DNA of 64,000 bases from Octopus sinensis (lineage: Eukaryota), in NCBI RefSeq assembly GCF_006345805.1, contig NC_043012.1, positions 11,346,001-11,410,000 of the forward strand, read 5' to 3'. The notes under the pieces were generated by a model. It was not told the origin of the DNA and made no database searches. It saw only the letters and a program-made list of their open reading frames with translations. A program made the position numbers and the translations under genes. Positions 36,977-51,428 of this stretch are shown here, piece after piece; the stretch's first letter is position 1, and each line of letters starts with the position of its first letter.

Positions 36977-37369
36977 GTATGTATGTATATGTGCGTGTGC
37001 GTGTGTGTGTATATATATATAGCGCATATTTATGTTTATATACACACACACACATACTCATACACTCAAACGTATTACATCATAAGAAGACGAGGCTCAC
37101 CAAGTGGTCTCTCAACGCCACAGAGTATTTAATATAAGTCTCATGCGTGTATTTATCTAAGCAGATACTAAGGAACTAATATGTTCGTTAATTCTGTTGT
37201 TCTGTTATTCGATGCTATAAGCTAGGCAACACTTTGATATTGTTTCAAGTGTAGATGGCATGTTAATGTTAGACGAATCTCTGTTGACGATCGACTGGCA
37301 ATTAAAACATTGGCAACACGGTGCTTTTAATAAGAATGTCGTTGAAGACTGGATTATAGTCATGGCTAC

Positions 37370-37745
37370 CGTCACCATCACCACCACCACCACCACCACC
37401 ACAACCACCACCAACACCACCATCACCATTACTACTACCACTACCGGCACCACAATCATCATCGCAACTACTATGACCACGAGTATCCGTAGCACCATAG
37501 CTACTACTGCCACCGCCACCTCTATAACCACCTCCGTTTCCACCACCACCACCACCACCACCACTATCCGCATCAACATTCTCCACCACCCCCACCATCC
37601 CTACCACCACCACCACCATCATCCCTACAACCACAACCAACACCATCACCACCAGTATCAACACCAACACCACTGCCAATACTGTCATCTCCATCACCAT
37701 GCCCACTATCCATCCACCACCATCACCACCACCACCACTACTACA
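37370..37745. repeat. (ACC/CAC)n-rich low-complexity tract
   Basis: Directly visible degenerate trinucleotide repeat. Confidence 0.9.
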
Positions 37746-38057
37746 GTTCTATCCAGTCAATGCTGACCCGAATCTGAACAACTACAATAGACGCACATGC
37801 AGTCGAGAGAGGAAGGGATTACATGTCCAGGCTGTCACTCTGCTCGCAATACGATGCATCACTCAATGACAAGCCACATAGTTCATGGTTATATAAGATA
37901 AGGAAGGAAAACCAAAGGCGTGATTACCACGGCTGAAATATATTTCATTATATGCCCGCTCAGTTAAAGCTGACCTGGAGTTAAGCAAAAGAATATTTTT
38001 TAAGAATTACTCCTCCATTGGTTTCGACGACGAGTGTTACAGTTGATCGTTTACTAC

Positions 38058-38130
<73 letters not shown>

Positions 38131-38175
38131 CTATCTATCTATCTATCCCTATCTATCTATCTATCTATCTATCTA

Positions 38176-38226
<51 letters not shown>

Positions 38227-38302
38227 ACTATCTATCACTCTATCTACACACATACACGCAAGCGCGCACACACTCGCCACTACAACATCAATATCATATA
38301 TA

Positions 38303-38345
<43 letters not shown>

Positions 38346-38457
38346 AAGTTAATCCAACATGAAAACACAAAGAGAAAACACAAGAGAAAACACAACACGC
38401 GAGGGCGTGGAACAAATATAGTATTATTGTACGCTCAGGAAGGAAGGGAAGAAGGGG

Positions 38458-38492
38458 GTTTAACGTTTCGAGCGGAGATCTTCGTCGGAAAC
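38458..38492 (-). ncRNA. minimal type I hammerhead-like motif (CCGACGA core)
   Basis: Minus strand GTTT-CCGACGA-A-GATC-TCC-GCTC-GAA-ACGT-T-AAAC: stem I GTTT/AAAC, stem II with one mismatch, ACGT palindrome. Lies within a repeat at about 38345-38535. Confidence 0.6.
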
Positions 38493-38552
38493 ATAGAAGA
38501 AGGAAAGAACCAGAGAAGGGAAGACACAGGAAAATGTTATATTGTATGTATG

Positions 38553-38598
<46 letters not shown>

Positions 38599-38599
38599 G

Positions 38600-38643
<44 letters not shown>

Positions 38644-39048
38644 GTATAATATAAATATATATATTTACTTATAGATTTATTTATTGCTGGACTGTTTGAA
38701 TACGCTCGCATACTAAATTTGAATCTATAATGTAATGGAATGGAGCTGTCTTGTGCACGTGTTTTCAGTGCTTATTAAAGCTACACAATTATGCATTCTT
38801 TTAGCGATCCTACTAACGAACTACGGATGCCAAATTAACATATTCGGTCATTAATAGCGAAACTCGAGTATAGGATTAACTAATTTTTTTTTATCTTGTT
38901 TACTTTAGTGCCTTTAACAGCGTGCCTTGAGAATTATTTTCTCACGGTTTGAGTTTAACTGCCCTTTTTTGCATGTAAGAAGTTCTGTCTAGGGTCTTCT
39001 CTCTGTGTATAAATCTTTTGCCACTCTTATATATAAAAATATAGTTAC

Positions 39049-39138
<90 letters not shown>

Positions 39139-39159
39139 TACATAACATACAATAGAGAT

Positions 39160-39160
39160 A

Positions 39161-39223
<63 letters not shown>

Positions 39224-39254
39224 GATAGATAGATAGATAGATTGATAGACAGAC

Positions 39255-39341
<87 letters not shown>

Positions 39342-39343
39342 CA
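39160..39343. repeat. (AGAT)n microsatellite
   Basis: Directly visible. Confidence 0.95.
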
Positions 39344-41159
39344 GAGGAAATTTTGCTTTAATATTTTGTATTAACGTTTGCTTTGTTTTTCTTTGTTGTC
39401 ACTTTTGATAAATCTAACCTCTGATTAAAACATTCCATCTATAATAATCCTTTATTTTATCCAGACAGTATATCTAGGAGTAAGCTTTCTACTGTGCGAT
39501 TACTTTAATAAAATTTTTTGGCACGATTCCGAAATTTGTGGAGGATTTTACCTGAAAATAATGAGAGAAACTAAAAGAGAATCCACAAAGTCATTGGGTA
39601 TCATAGTTGTCGATGGAGAAATACAGCTTTAACTTTACAACTAGTGATATCATGACATAAACCGGAAGTTTTCTCAGACGATAATAATATTTGTTTCAAA
39701 TTTTGGCACAAGGCCAACAAAATCGGCTGAGTGGGTAAGTTCGATTATACCGTCTCCAGTACTTGTACTTATTCTATCGACCCAGAAAGTTTGAAAGGCA
39801 AAGACGACCACGGAGGAAATTTGAACTCAGAACATAATAACGACGAAATGCCGCTAAGCCTTTTGTTCGGTGTGCTAACGATTACGCTAAGCTCCCTACC
39901 CTGCAAATAATAGCAATATTGATTTTAAATTTTGGCCTATTTCAAGGCGGGGCGGGGCGAACCCTGCTGTACTCTTTCACCACAACTTTCTCTCACTCTT
40001 TCTTCCTGTTTCTGCGGTAACTGTATTTCAAAGGGCCAGCCTTGTCACATTCTGTGTCACGCTGAATCTTCCTGAGAACTACATTAAGGGTACACGTGTC
40101 TGTGGATTGCTCAGCCACTTGCACGTTATTTTCACGAGCAGGCTGTTCCGCTGATCGGATCAACTGGAACCCTCGTCGTCGTAACCGACGGAGTGCCACG
40201 ACGACAACGAGTGTGGTGGCATTTGTAAGCAATGAGAGAACTTTTATACTAACGACCCATCTGATAGAATTAGCAAATCAATTTCTATTCAAACCACAAC
40301 TTACCAGGTCTAAACAGAAAGGACACATCACAGGATGATGTAATCCCAGAATGTATGTTTTTTCTTTATTTTTAAATAAGATACAATAGAAATATTTGGA
40401 ACATTGCTCAAAAAATTTGCTTCATCATAGCTGACCTGGACACAATAAATCAATAAAAATGACCTCATGACGAAAATACGTTCAATGAAGTCTTTGAAAT
40501 AGGCGAGGCAACTTATAAATAGGCAAAGAATTTTTCAAGCAGTACTCAATGCCCGGAAATATACCAAATGATTACAGATCTACAGAACAATTTTACATTA
40601 ACAGTGGCCAATATAAAATTTTTTGAAGTTTTCTCTGTATATTGAAAACGAGGACAAATCGGTAGTGAATCTAAGATCTCCTGGGTAACTCTGCAACCTA
40701 ACACATTCTGATGCTTATACTTTTGCGATTTAAGAGTAAGAGATGGTGATAAAATATAAACGGAAGTGCAGCTACGAAAGTTTCAAAATGTGGCGAACTA
40801 TGACAAAAGGGGTATCCATATCGTATTTCTGTCGAAGACATTCGGCATTTTTATAACGTTGAGTCAGAGAGAAAAAAAGTGCCTGAGATTATTTTTCATT
40901 TTTTTTTCTCTGTGCCTCCAGGACAGCGGGTAACAGGGAGTAGGCTATTCCCCGAACCGAAAACATGACCAAAATGCTTGTAACAGAGTAAACTCTTTTA
41001 AAGGCACCCTAGGACCAGGCAGTGGAGTTAATCCGACCCGAAGATTAAGCCTGCTGTTTTAATTAGGCTTATCACCCAATATAATTACTCTGTGTAGAAT
41101 GATGTTCTTATTAAAACAGTATACAATATCATATGTTAGTAATGTAGGTCGGTGAGACA

Positions 41160-41557
41160 TCTCTCTCTATATAAAGCTGAACTTGTCTGTGTGTGGCAGG
41201 TTTGGTAGCCTTCAACTAACACTATCTCCTCCGAGACCCTGCGGCGCAAGTTGACCGAAATCGAGAGTATGATAGAAGAAGGCTTGCTCTACCTTACGTT
41301 GAAGAAAAAATTCAAATCGGACCATGTTAACGCCAAAAATTATTTACATCAAAATGGTGCTTTTTTTCTATGAAAATCCCTACTTTTTACGACTTTTTGA
41401 CTGCTGTGTCGCCATTTTTCGGTGTACTTCAATCAGAAAAATGTTCACTTAAAGAGAATAACAAGCTACATAATGCAAAATTTTTACTTTTCAAAAATTC
41501 CAATTCTAAAGGATCGAAAAGAAAACAAGCTCGAGCAATGCTGGGCTATACTGCTAG
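41160..41557 (+). mobile_element. non-autonomous Helitron
   Basis: A|TC start (TCTCTCTCTATATAAA), subterminal hairpin CTCGAGCAATGCTGGG, CTAG|T end, no TSD. Confidence 0.75.
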
Positions 41558-42452
41558 TATAAATATATTACATATGTTGAATAGTTTCATGATCAAGAAA
41601 TATTGGTGAGACATTATCATCAAACCTTCTATCAAATGTAAACAGAACAAAACTGGTATCGTTGTCTGAGATACAAAACAAACCTCTCGTACAGTTGTGG
41701 CGGTCCTACCAAACGTCTATGAACATTTCATTCGAAATACACGAGAAACAAAAGTATGAAAGTCTGTAACTTCATTACTCTGATAGTAAATTCATATTCT
41801 ACCTTGTAACCATTGGCAAACAAAGCTTTATTACTAAATTCTCACGCAATAGATTTGATGTGTTTTAAGGCAAAGAATAAAATTGTATATGAAGTATTCT
41901 GAAAGTATAATCTATAGGCGAAACAATGAATATATTCAGAAATTTTTTAAAGTTTTTTTATAAAGTTGTCAGTGTCTAACTTCCAAATATGGAATTGCTT
42001 TATAGGATTAAGCCTCTTCTTTAGTAATATAAGTTCAAAGAATTATCAACATTCAATAGAAACATGCATTTATATATACAGACAGCGTTAGGCCGATTGT
42101 TTCTACCTAGGTTCCGGCAATTAAAAAGGGAACTGCGTTGAGAAAACTATTTATGTAGTATTTAAATCTTCGATTTATGAGGTCTTTTCATGTACAAGAA
42201 TCCAATTTCTGTACTACAGATAAAACTATTTGTTACCCCCTTTTTTTTTAATATCTATGATATTTTTAATATATGAAGCATTTGTATCTGTAGAGAGGAC
42301 ATATTTGATCTATCGACCATTCTGTTACTAACTTGTTACTTTAATAGACGGCTTCCGATTCTAATTTCAAATTGAAATACTTTTGTGCGTGTGTGCGTGT
42401 ATGTCTGTGTACATCTATGCATATGTGTGTGTGTGTGTGTGTGTGTTGTATG

Positions 42453-42484
<32 letters not shown>

Positions 42485-43460
42485 ATGTTTATACTGAAAT
42501 TTAGTGGTGTCATTAAAATGTCTGTATGACTGTGTGTTACCATGAATATAAATTAATTTTAATATTCCAGTTTTATAATAAATATTCTCTTAAAAATCAT
42601 AAAAATTATATGGCTCAAAGTTATAAAAACTTGAAAGATGTAAAAATTGGAGCTGACTAATCTATTTTGATAAATCGGCAGAATGTAAACAATTATTATT
42701 AGATAATTTTCAGAATATTTCGAGTCAACACAAAACATGCTGTGAATAGTAATGGTTGCCAAATCTCACCGATTCATGAGATTTTCTGCTTCAGATCTAA
42801 TTTTTACCATTTCTTTACTTTTAGAATATCTTTTTTTTGGAAAATTTCTGTTTAATATTTTACATTTTGTTTCAAGATTTTATAACTTTGAATCGTATAA
42901 TTTTGGTCATCGTTAAATTCGAAATTATAAAAATTAAACAATAGAATGAATTTACGCCTACAGTAACACATATCCGCGCACACGTACACATATACACACA
43001 TCCTCATACACACATGCACGCGCATGCACGCATCAGAGCTGGTGTAAGATAGTTGTATCATATTTGAATATGGTAATTATGATATGGTTTTTCATGTCAT
43101 AGAAATGGCCCGGACAATAAGTTTAAATTTCTTCATCCGAGAGAAGATTTTGTACAGTCTGGTGGTCCTGTGTAAAATAAAATTCGTAGTTTGTGATATT
43201 TCAAAATGCAATCACTTTGAAGAATTTGGTTCTAAATTCACCAAATTTTCATAGCATCAATTTCACTCATTAGTCAATTAGTTAATGACTAAAACTGTTT
43301 ACTATTAAAACGTCAAAAATATACTTAAATGGACCTACATATGGTCGCCCAACTTACTAGAAATTGAGAGGAAAATTTGCGTAGCCTGGACACGCACATT
43401 CACACATATATGCATGTATATGTATGTTTATACATACACACACTGACACACAGACACACA

Positions 43461-43498
<38 letters not shown>

Positions 43499-43798
43499 TA
43501 TAAAAGGGTAAAGACTCCCTTCGGTCATGAATGACCATGGGATTGCACGGCACACAGCTTAGCACCAGGGACAACGCAACTCATTTTTATGGCTGCGTGA
43601 ACTGGAGCAACGTGATAGAAAGTATGCTGCTCAAGAGCACAACACACAGCCCGGTCCGGGAATCGAACTCACAATTTCATGATTGTGAGCCCGACACCCT
43701 AACCACTGAGCTATGCCCCTTCACACATACGCACGTACACGCACGCGCACGCACACACACAAACACACACGCAGAGACATCATCTCTCTCTCTGTCTC

Positions 43799-43864
<66 letters not shown>

Positions 43865-43897
43865 CATAGATATATATATATATATAATATATATAAC

Positions 43898-43939
<42 letters not shown>

Positions 43940-43986
43940 TTGTGTGTGTGTGTGTGTGTGGTGTGGTGTGTGTGTGTGTATATAGT

Positions 43987-44510
43987 TAGTGTAGGAAGAA
44001 ATTGGAGCTGAACGAAGATTTAACAAAATTCCTTTTTATTATTTTCTACATATGTTTCAAAGGCTGCAAAGTCCCTAATTCGGATTGAATAAGGAGTCCA
44101 TTTTGCAGCCTTCTCTCAGGAAAATCCAGGACTTAATTCTCCAACAAAAATACATATATACATATATATATATATACATATTATATATATATATATATAT
44201 ATCTATATATATATTATATATATATATATATATATATTTAGTGAAGGGAAGAATGGAGCTAACGAAGATGCTACAGAATTCCTTTTATTATTTTCTACGC
44301 ATGTTTCAAAGGCCGCAAATTTTCCAAATTCTGATTGAATAAGGATACCATTTTGCAGCATTCTCTTCAGGAGAGAATGCTGAAGAGAATGCTGCAAAAT
44401 GGGTCTCCTTATTCAATCCGAATTTGGAAATTTGCGGCCTTTGAAACTGTGTAGAAATATAAAAGGAATTCTGTAGCATCTTCGTTCAGCTCCATTTATT
44501 CCCTCCACTA
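43987..44510. mobile_element. three PLE-type pLTR fragments with long-stem-II hammerhead motifs, two of them inverted
   Basis: Copies at 43987-44125 (-), 44239-44375 (-) and 44380-44510 (+); consensus CTGAAGA-GAA(G/T)GCTGCAAA...TTTGC(A/G)GCCTTT-GAA-AC(N3-4)GT-A-GAAA. Confidence 0.7.
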
Positions 44511-45007
44511 ATATATCAAACTTCAATTATCCGCGCTAAGGCAGCGGTTGCGACACCCCAAGGTCGTAACTTCAACCGTATTTTTCTGTTATGATTTTTG
44601 CTACCCAGGTATCGGTTAAATTTTGAATAATCCTTAACAAGATAATTCATTTATCTATTTCAATATATATATATATATATATAAGAGAAAAAAATCTATC
44701 AGAAAGGAACTCTATCTTTTGATAAGCATAACAAATGCGCAACCGGTAAAAAAAACTTTCACCTAATTAAATACACTCTCCCTTACTTAAATTATTTTGT
44801 CAGCATTTTCTTCATTTCCTTTTTTTATATATCACAACTCGTGTTCCACATCTCCTTTTTTAAATATATATGCCGACGACCGCTTTGTTCAAAGCCTCCC
44901 TTGACCTCAAGTGGCCTGAACTCTTTACATGAACACCCCCTGTACTTAACTCCATGTCCCCCTACATGGTCTTGCTATTTGCTTTTGAGCCAAATTAACT
45001 AACTACT

Positions 45008-45080
<73 letters not shown>

Positions 45081-45084
45081 TTTT

Positions 45085-46760
45085 AAATTTGAAGTCTTCC
45101 TCTGATTTTGTTGCTTGTTTCTAACAAAGATACAAAGCTCCATCGTTGGAATGCAGATAAGAACGATTTCACACTTTGAGCTTGAGAAAGAAGAGTCTTG
45201 CATACTTTTACTGTTGCGTTTACAAGCATTTCTAGATTGTCACTTAGACATTTATTTAAAAGCACCAACTATTAGTTATATTAATGTATAATCTGGTTAT
45301 AGAAGTTGGACGTTTCGAAAGAGCTGTCCATAATTCTCCTCTTTCTCTTTCATTTTTGAAGAAATATTCGTATCAGCAGGGCAGCTGACTTCTATGACGG
45401 TTCACACTTTTTCTCTGACCCAAACAACAATACCCGGGTTGTTATGTTTACACCTGACAGATGTATTGATGGAAACGTTCCCACCAGCATTCCTTGTGTT
45501 GATGTTTGTGTATGTATCCGACGAAAGAGGGATTCTCTTTATGACATCTTATTATTTTTTTTTCGAATAACATTGGTGTTTCTGAGACATTGCATATTGT
45601 TTCTAAAACAACGTTGTGTCGCACAGGGAGATAGTTTCTTGACGACATTTTGGGGCAGCTGCTAATCTCGTGTGATGTCTCCAACAGAAATATGATATTA
45701 TTGATATTTTCGGTTGCACCTTGGAGCTCTAAGGGCTTCACTGTTCTATGTTTTATTATGTATTTCGTGGCCATCTCCTATTCTTGGATTGCAAATACAT
45801 AACCTTCGTAGTGTGGTGTGACGTAGTGGTCACAAGTCCAAGAAAAGCTGCACTTTTGATAATTCTGTCTTCTTCAAGTCTTCAGGAAACATACCCATAG
45901 TCGTTTGTTCATATGTTGAATATTTCACATCCAGGTCTTCTTTGAGGTATGTTAGTCAGGTTGTTTTGGGGGTGTATAGGTCATCACGAAGAGGGTGCTT
46001 CCCAAGAAGATCACTGTTGATACTTCAGTTTTTCTTTTTTTTTTTTTTTTTTCTTTTTTTTTTTTTTCTTTTCAGTATTATATTTTTGCTGCTATTGTTT
46101 ACCAGATGCTTTATGAGAGAGACTATACAACATTTGAAAGCTGTTTGCGCTAATCTCAAGCCTCTGCCTTCATCATCTCTTCTTAGCTGGAGCCTTTCAA
46201 TATCACAATTTCTATGAACATTTCCTGTTCATGTCAGTATTTTGCAGATTTTAATGTCTATGGAATGAATTTCCTCTATAGACCAGTCAATTATAATACT
46301 CGAATGTTGGTATCAGCACGGGTACTGCAAATGCATTGTGGGATATTGTCTTGTTATGATAGCGAGGTTTTTAGTTCAGCATCCCGAGTTCATGCTTTAG
46401 AATTCTCTTTAGCTTTCTCTAAAGAAGTTTGGCATGAAGAGTCACCGAAGAATTTTGCTACATTTTGATTAAGATGTAATTGATATGGTGTAATCTCATT
46501 ATTTTCTTGACATTTTATTATCGCGGCTAACTATCCAATATGTGTCTTCTTCCAGTTTTATTTTCAATCAAAGTTGCCTCCGTTTAATAATTTCATTACC
46601 ATGTATACTGCAGATTTCTACTAGATGTTCTTTAAGTGTAATAGTAACTGTGTATATGAGGGGGTTGATATTCTAGTAATTAACATCACATAGTTCAATG
46701 TGTTCTCCAGCAATACCGTCGATAACTTTCAATATTAGCGCAGTTAGATTTTATCTTAAT
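45085..46760 (-). mobile_element. R4/Dong-clade (RLE-encoding) non-LTR retrotransposon remnant
   Basis: Minus strand gives YEGYVFAIQE*EMATKY, SSCPKMSSRNYLPVRHNVV, CKHNNPGIVVW, VIEVSCPADTNISSKMKEKEENY and IVGA (zinc-knuckle region and PD-D/E endonuclease), with stops and frameshifts; upstream boundary approximate. Confidence 0.8.
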
Positions 46761-46955
46761 CTTGTTGAGTACGGCCTCTGGCTTAATAACAGTTTACAAA
46801 GAGAAGAAAAGACATCTTTTTTTTTTACGAACTGTGGTTTCAAAATGTTCTTAATTTGAATGTATTCCACAGTCGTCTCTGTCGAATTGGATGTGGAAAT
46901 ATATGAGAGCTTAATGATGGCGGCAGTGGTTTGCTTGCATCATCTTCCAATTATG

Positions 46956-46986
<31 letters not shown>

Positions 46987-47034
46987 TGTATGTATGTATG
47001 TATTATGTAATTATGTATGTCAGTATGTATTTTA

Positions 47035-47465
47035 TCTTTTACTTGCCTCAGTCAGTTGACCGCGACCATGCTGGAGCACTGCCTTGAAAAATTGTAGATG
47101 TACGGATCGATCCAAGTAACTATTTCTTTTAAAACCTGACTACTAATTCTAACCGCACTTTTAGCCAAACCGCTAAGCTACGGGGACGCAAACAAACTAA
47201 CATCGGTTGTCAAGCAGTGGTGGGGGACAAATACAGATACAAGCACACACAAACATATATAACACACATACACACACAAACATACAAATAATAACACACA
47301 CACACGATGCGCTTCTTTCAGTTTCCATCAACCAAATCCACTCATATGGGATTGGTTGGTTTAAGGCCATAATAGAAAACACTTGCCTAAGATGTCACGC
47401 AGCAGGACTGAACCCGAAACCATGTGATTGGGGAGGAATCTCTTTACCATACAGCCTCACCTGCG
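47035..47465 (-). mobile_element. SINE family B, diverged
   Basis: Reverse-complement match to the family B head and tail. Confidence 0.75.
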
Positions 47466-47469
47466 TCTT

Positions 47470-47519
47470 TGTATGTATATATGTATGAATGCATGCATGT
47501 ATGTGTGTATGTATGTATG

Positions 47520-47553
<34 letters not shown>

Positions 47554-48072
47554 TGTATGTATGTATGTATGTATGTGTGTATGTATGTATGTATGTATGC
47601 ATGTATGTATCTATGTATGTATGTATGTATGCATGTATGTGTGTGTATGTATGAATGTATGTCCGTATGTATGTATGTATGTATGTATGTATGTATGTAT
47701 GTATGCATATAAGTATGTATGTATGTATGTATGCAAGCATGTATGTATGTATGTATGTTTGTATGTATGCATGTATGTATGTGTGTATGTAAGAATGTAT
47801 GTATGTATGTATGTATGTATGTATATATGTATGTATGTATGTGTGTATGTATGAATGTATGTATGTATGTATGTATGTATGTATGTATGCATGCATGTAT
47901 GTATGTATGTATGTATGTATTATGTATGCATGTATGTATGTATGTATGTATGCATGCATGTATGTATGTATGTATGTATGTATGTATGTGTGTGTGTATG
48001 TATGTATGTATGTATGTATGTATGTATGTGCGTATGTATGTATGTATGCATGTATGTATGTATGTATGCATG

Positions 48073-48104
<32 letters not shown>

Positions 48105-48148
48105 TGTATGTATGTATGTATGCATGTATGTATGTATGTATGTATATG

Positions 48149-48182
<34 letters not shown>

Positions 48183-48210
48183 TGCATGTATGTATGTATG
48201 CATGCATGCA
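47470..48210. repeat. (TATG)n microsatellite array
   Basis: Directly visible; gives the spurious MYVC/HTYI ORFs. Confidence 0.97.
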
Positions 48211-48953
48211 GGTAGATAGTTAGGTATATATAAGATATATGTCATAAATTAGAAGAAAGTGTTCAATTTACATATTTTGAAATCGTTAAGATTCCTTCTG
48301 CTCAACTCAGAACTTTCCACGATATTTGATCCAACCTGCTTGTTTTTTCTTTTAAATAATAGCGCATTATTTGTAGGATATTTAACTGCTATTTCAAGCA
48401 AGATTATCATTTAGCTGACCTTTGGGTGTGACAGGTTGTACATGTGATAACGACTGCGATTGAGTTGTTTCCGTTAACATTAATCAGATGATTGCATATT
48501 GATGGTAAAAAGATAGCTTTTATATTTCCCTCTTTATATTTGTCAGAGTCTGAGATTTAACAGGAGATATTGCTTTTTAATTGACTTTCTGTCTACGTTT
48601 ATTGAAAAAAAACCTGAGTGATACCTCGTGTTGAAGATGCATCGTCAACTGCCATCGAAATTTCGTACATGTTTCGCCAGTCTTTTTTATGATACGACAT
48701 ATGCAAATTCTGTTGCTACATTTCCATTGATGTTTTTGTTGTTGTTATTGTCTAAATCCTGATCAACCACTTGTTAGATACATCTATTAGTCAACGTATT
48801 CTAACCATGTCCATACGCTCTTCCTGGTATCATCTGTCTTACTTACGAGAGTAGGAATTTAATTTTAGAGATACATTGCAGCTCGGCAACGTTTACTTTG
48901 CTACACACCATCACATTAGATATTTAGCAGCAAAATAGGGAGTGGGAGACAGA

Positions 48954-49020
<67 letters not shown>

Positions 49021-49355
49021 CTGGGTAATTTGCTTTCTTTGTGAAACTCGCTGTTAGAATGACTGAAGCAATCTATATTGTTCTTTCTCTTGAATGTTAA
49101 GTGTTAATTACGTGTCCATGGCTTTTACTGTTTCACATATTTCCTATTACTTTCTATGTGACGCTCTACTTTTCACTTATTTTACTATTCAACGAAATCT
49201 AAATGTATAAAACTAAATGTAATTTATGCCTGCAGCCTTCATTTTTAATTATCATCCTTAAAAATTCTTTCATCGGATTTATAATGAGTATTCAATTAAT
49301 TTTTGCGGTTACTTACAGATTCAGTATGTGCGTGTGTGAATGTGTGTGTATGTGT

Positions 49356-49405
<50 letters not shown>

Positions 49406-50234
49406 TTTAGTGTAGAGAAGAGTATTTATTTTCAAGATGAATTCATTGATAGTAACGTCTCCAGTTTGTATAGCATTTATTGGTTATATTCTTTTTGCTG
49501 CTTATTTCTTTTCTACGAACGTGTAACATCAACGTTCCTTTCAGAGCAGATCAATAATCGAACATACATAAAATGTATTCCTCAGAGCCGACACTAACCA
49601 ACTGATATATTATAGATGACGTTCGCTCTGCGCTATGGAAGAGCGCACGGCTAAGTTCCACGCGAGAGGCTGACGTTCTAATCTGTGTGGAGACAATTTT
49701 ATTGCTTCCCAGTCAACATTGTGGAACCTTTCAATTAAACAACATTTCCCTAAGCCATGTTGCCCCTTGAAATGTTTAGCCTTTCGTTCGTTTTTAAAAC
49801 TTATCGGAATGAATTAGGGAAGCTCCTGTGATATTTCAGAGGATTTTTATGACTGCTAGGAACCTACCCCAAATGCTGAAAATAGCCCATAGCCAGGTGG
49901 GGATTTTAAATCAGGCTGTGGATTAAATTTATAAATCGAATGATAAATTTACTGACGTCAAAAGAATTAAGTGACCTGACCCCGACACACAACCAGACAT
50001 TAGCAGCAATACAATATGAACTTAAGACTTCTGAACTCGCCTGTATTCTATCTACTCAACCTTTTAACCTCGAATCTATTTTTTCTTTCTTTTTTGGTTT
50101 CTTTACTGGGTAGTGGATGAAATTCCTTTTGGACTTAGAAGAACATTTTGATAAATGAAACTTCAATAACGACTCTCAATCAATTTCTCTCTCTAACTCT
50201 CTATCTCTCTTTCTCTTCTCTTTATTCTAACACA

Positions 50235-50287
<53 letters not shown>

Positions 50288-51044
50288 ACACTCCTATTTA
50301 TTAACGAGTAGAGTATTTTGCTATTACCCAAAGGGGGGAAATATCTCTATAGCAATTTTTAGAAATAACACTAATTAATGGAGATTCTCTCTCCGTTTTC
50401 TGGAATTAACGGCTTTTAGCTAAGATGTGTTATTTTTCTATTGAGTTATCAACATTTTTTCAAAGCCTACTCGATGTTTAAAGATTTCCACAGGGAAATA
50501 TTAATAATGCAAATAAAGCTTTCAAGAAAATATGTTCCGATGGACCCAGAGTTTCCAATCTATCACCAGCTATTTCAACTTTCTTTTTTGTCTTTAATTC
50601 TCTCTCTTCCATTCTGTTTTACTTTCTGTCTTTTCTCTCACACTGTCTATCTCTTTAATTTCTTTTCCGCTCTCTGTCTTTCTCATTCTCTCTCTCTCTC
50701 TCTCTTTCATTCTCTATCTCTCATTCTTTGTCTCTCATTCCGCCTCGCTTTCATTCTCTGTCTCTCACCCATTCTCTTTTTCTCCTATTCCTAATGTAAA
50801 CATAGAAATTTCTAATCAATAACGTGAAAAAGCTTAGGAGGAGAAGTTAAAAAACAATTCGAAAGTCCTTCCTTGTTTTCGTTCTGCTGCTGTCACGATT
50901 CCCTTTATTGGTTTCCTGCTGTTTAACGTTTACTTGGAATTAATATTCCACCTAAATCTCAGATTTGAACTCCCCTTCTTCTCATCTTCTCACCAGTTGC
51001 AAGACCCTAAAGGAAAGCTGCCCTTAATTCTTTTGACTGTATGA

Positions 51045-51428
51045 TCTCTCTCTATATAAACGGCAGTTTGTCTGTCTGTGTGTCTGCGTGTCTGTCAGGT
51101 TGTACCCCCACTCTGACCACGGCTTTCAACCGATTCTGATTAAACTTAACACACACATAGCCCAATGTCATAATTCAAAACTAACGCAGCAAAAATTTTG
51201 AAAAGATCCCCCAGTTCTGAAAAAAATCGATAAATTCGACATGGGGCCGAGAATCAGAAACACAAACCACAGACTGTCTAGGGGACGCAACTCGACCTTT
51301 TTAACTCTCAAAAAACATTTACCATAATTTTTTTTCCATTTTTTTGCTATTTTTTGGCTATAACTCTCTAAAAATGCTTTATAGTTATTTCCCTTACAAA
51401 CCCGAGCAACGCCGGGCGATACTGCTAG
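51045..51428 (+). mobile_element. non-autonomous Helitron
   Basis: A|TCTCTCTCTATATAAA start, hairpin CCCGAGCAACGCCGGG, ATACTGCTAG|T end; termini shared with 41160-41557 but a different interior. Confidence 0.8.

Noticed and set aside
37205-37766. Thr/His/Val/Gly-rich ORFs resembling a mucin or His-rich protein
   Set aside because: Explained by a degenerate (ACC)n tract open in several frames on both strands.
45305-45356. Hammerhead-like GAAAGAG...CTCTTTC-GAAACGTC on the minus strand
   Set aside because: There is no CUGANGA core or stem I, and the segment is in-frame coding sequence (KEKEENYGQLFRNV) of the R4-like endonuclease.
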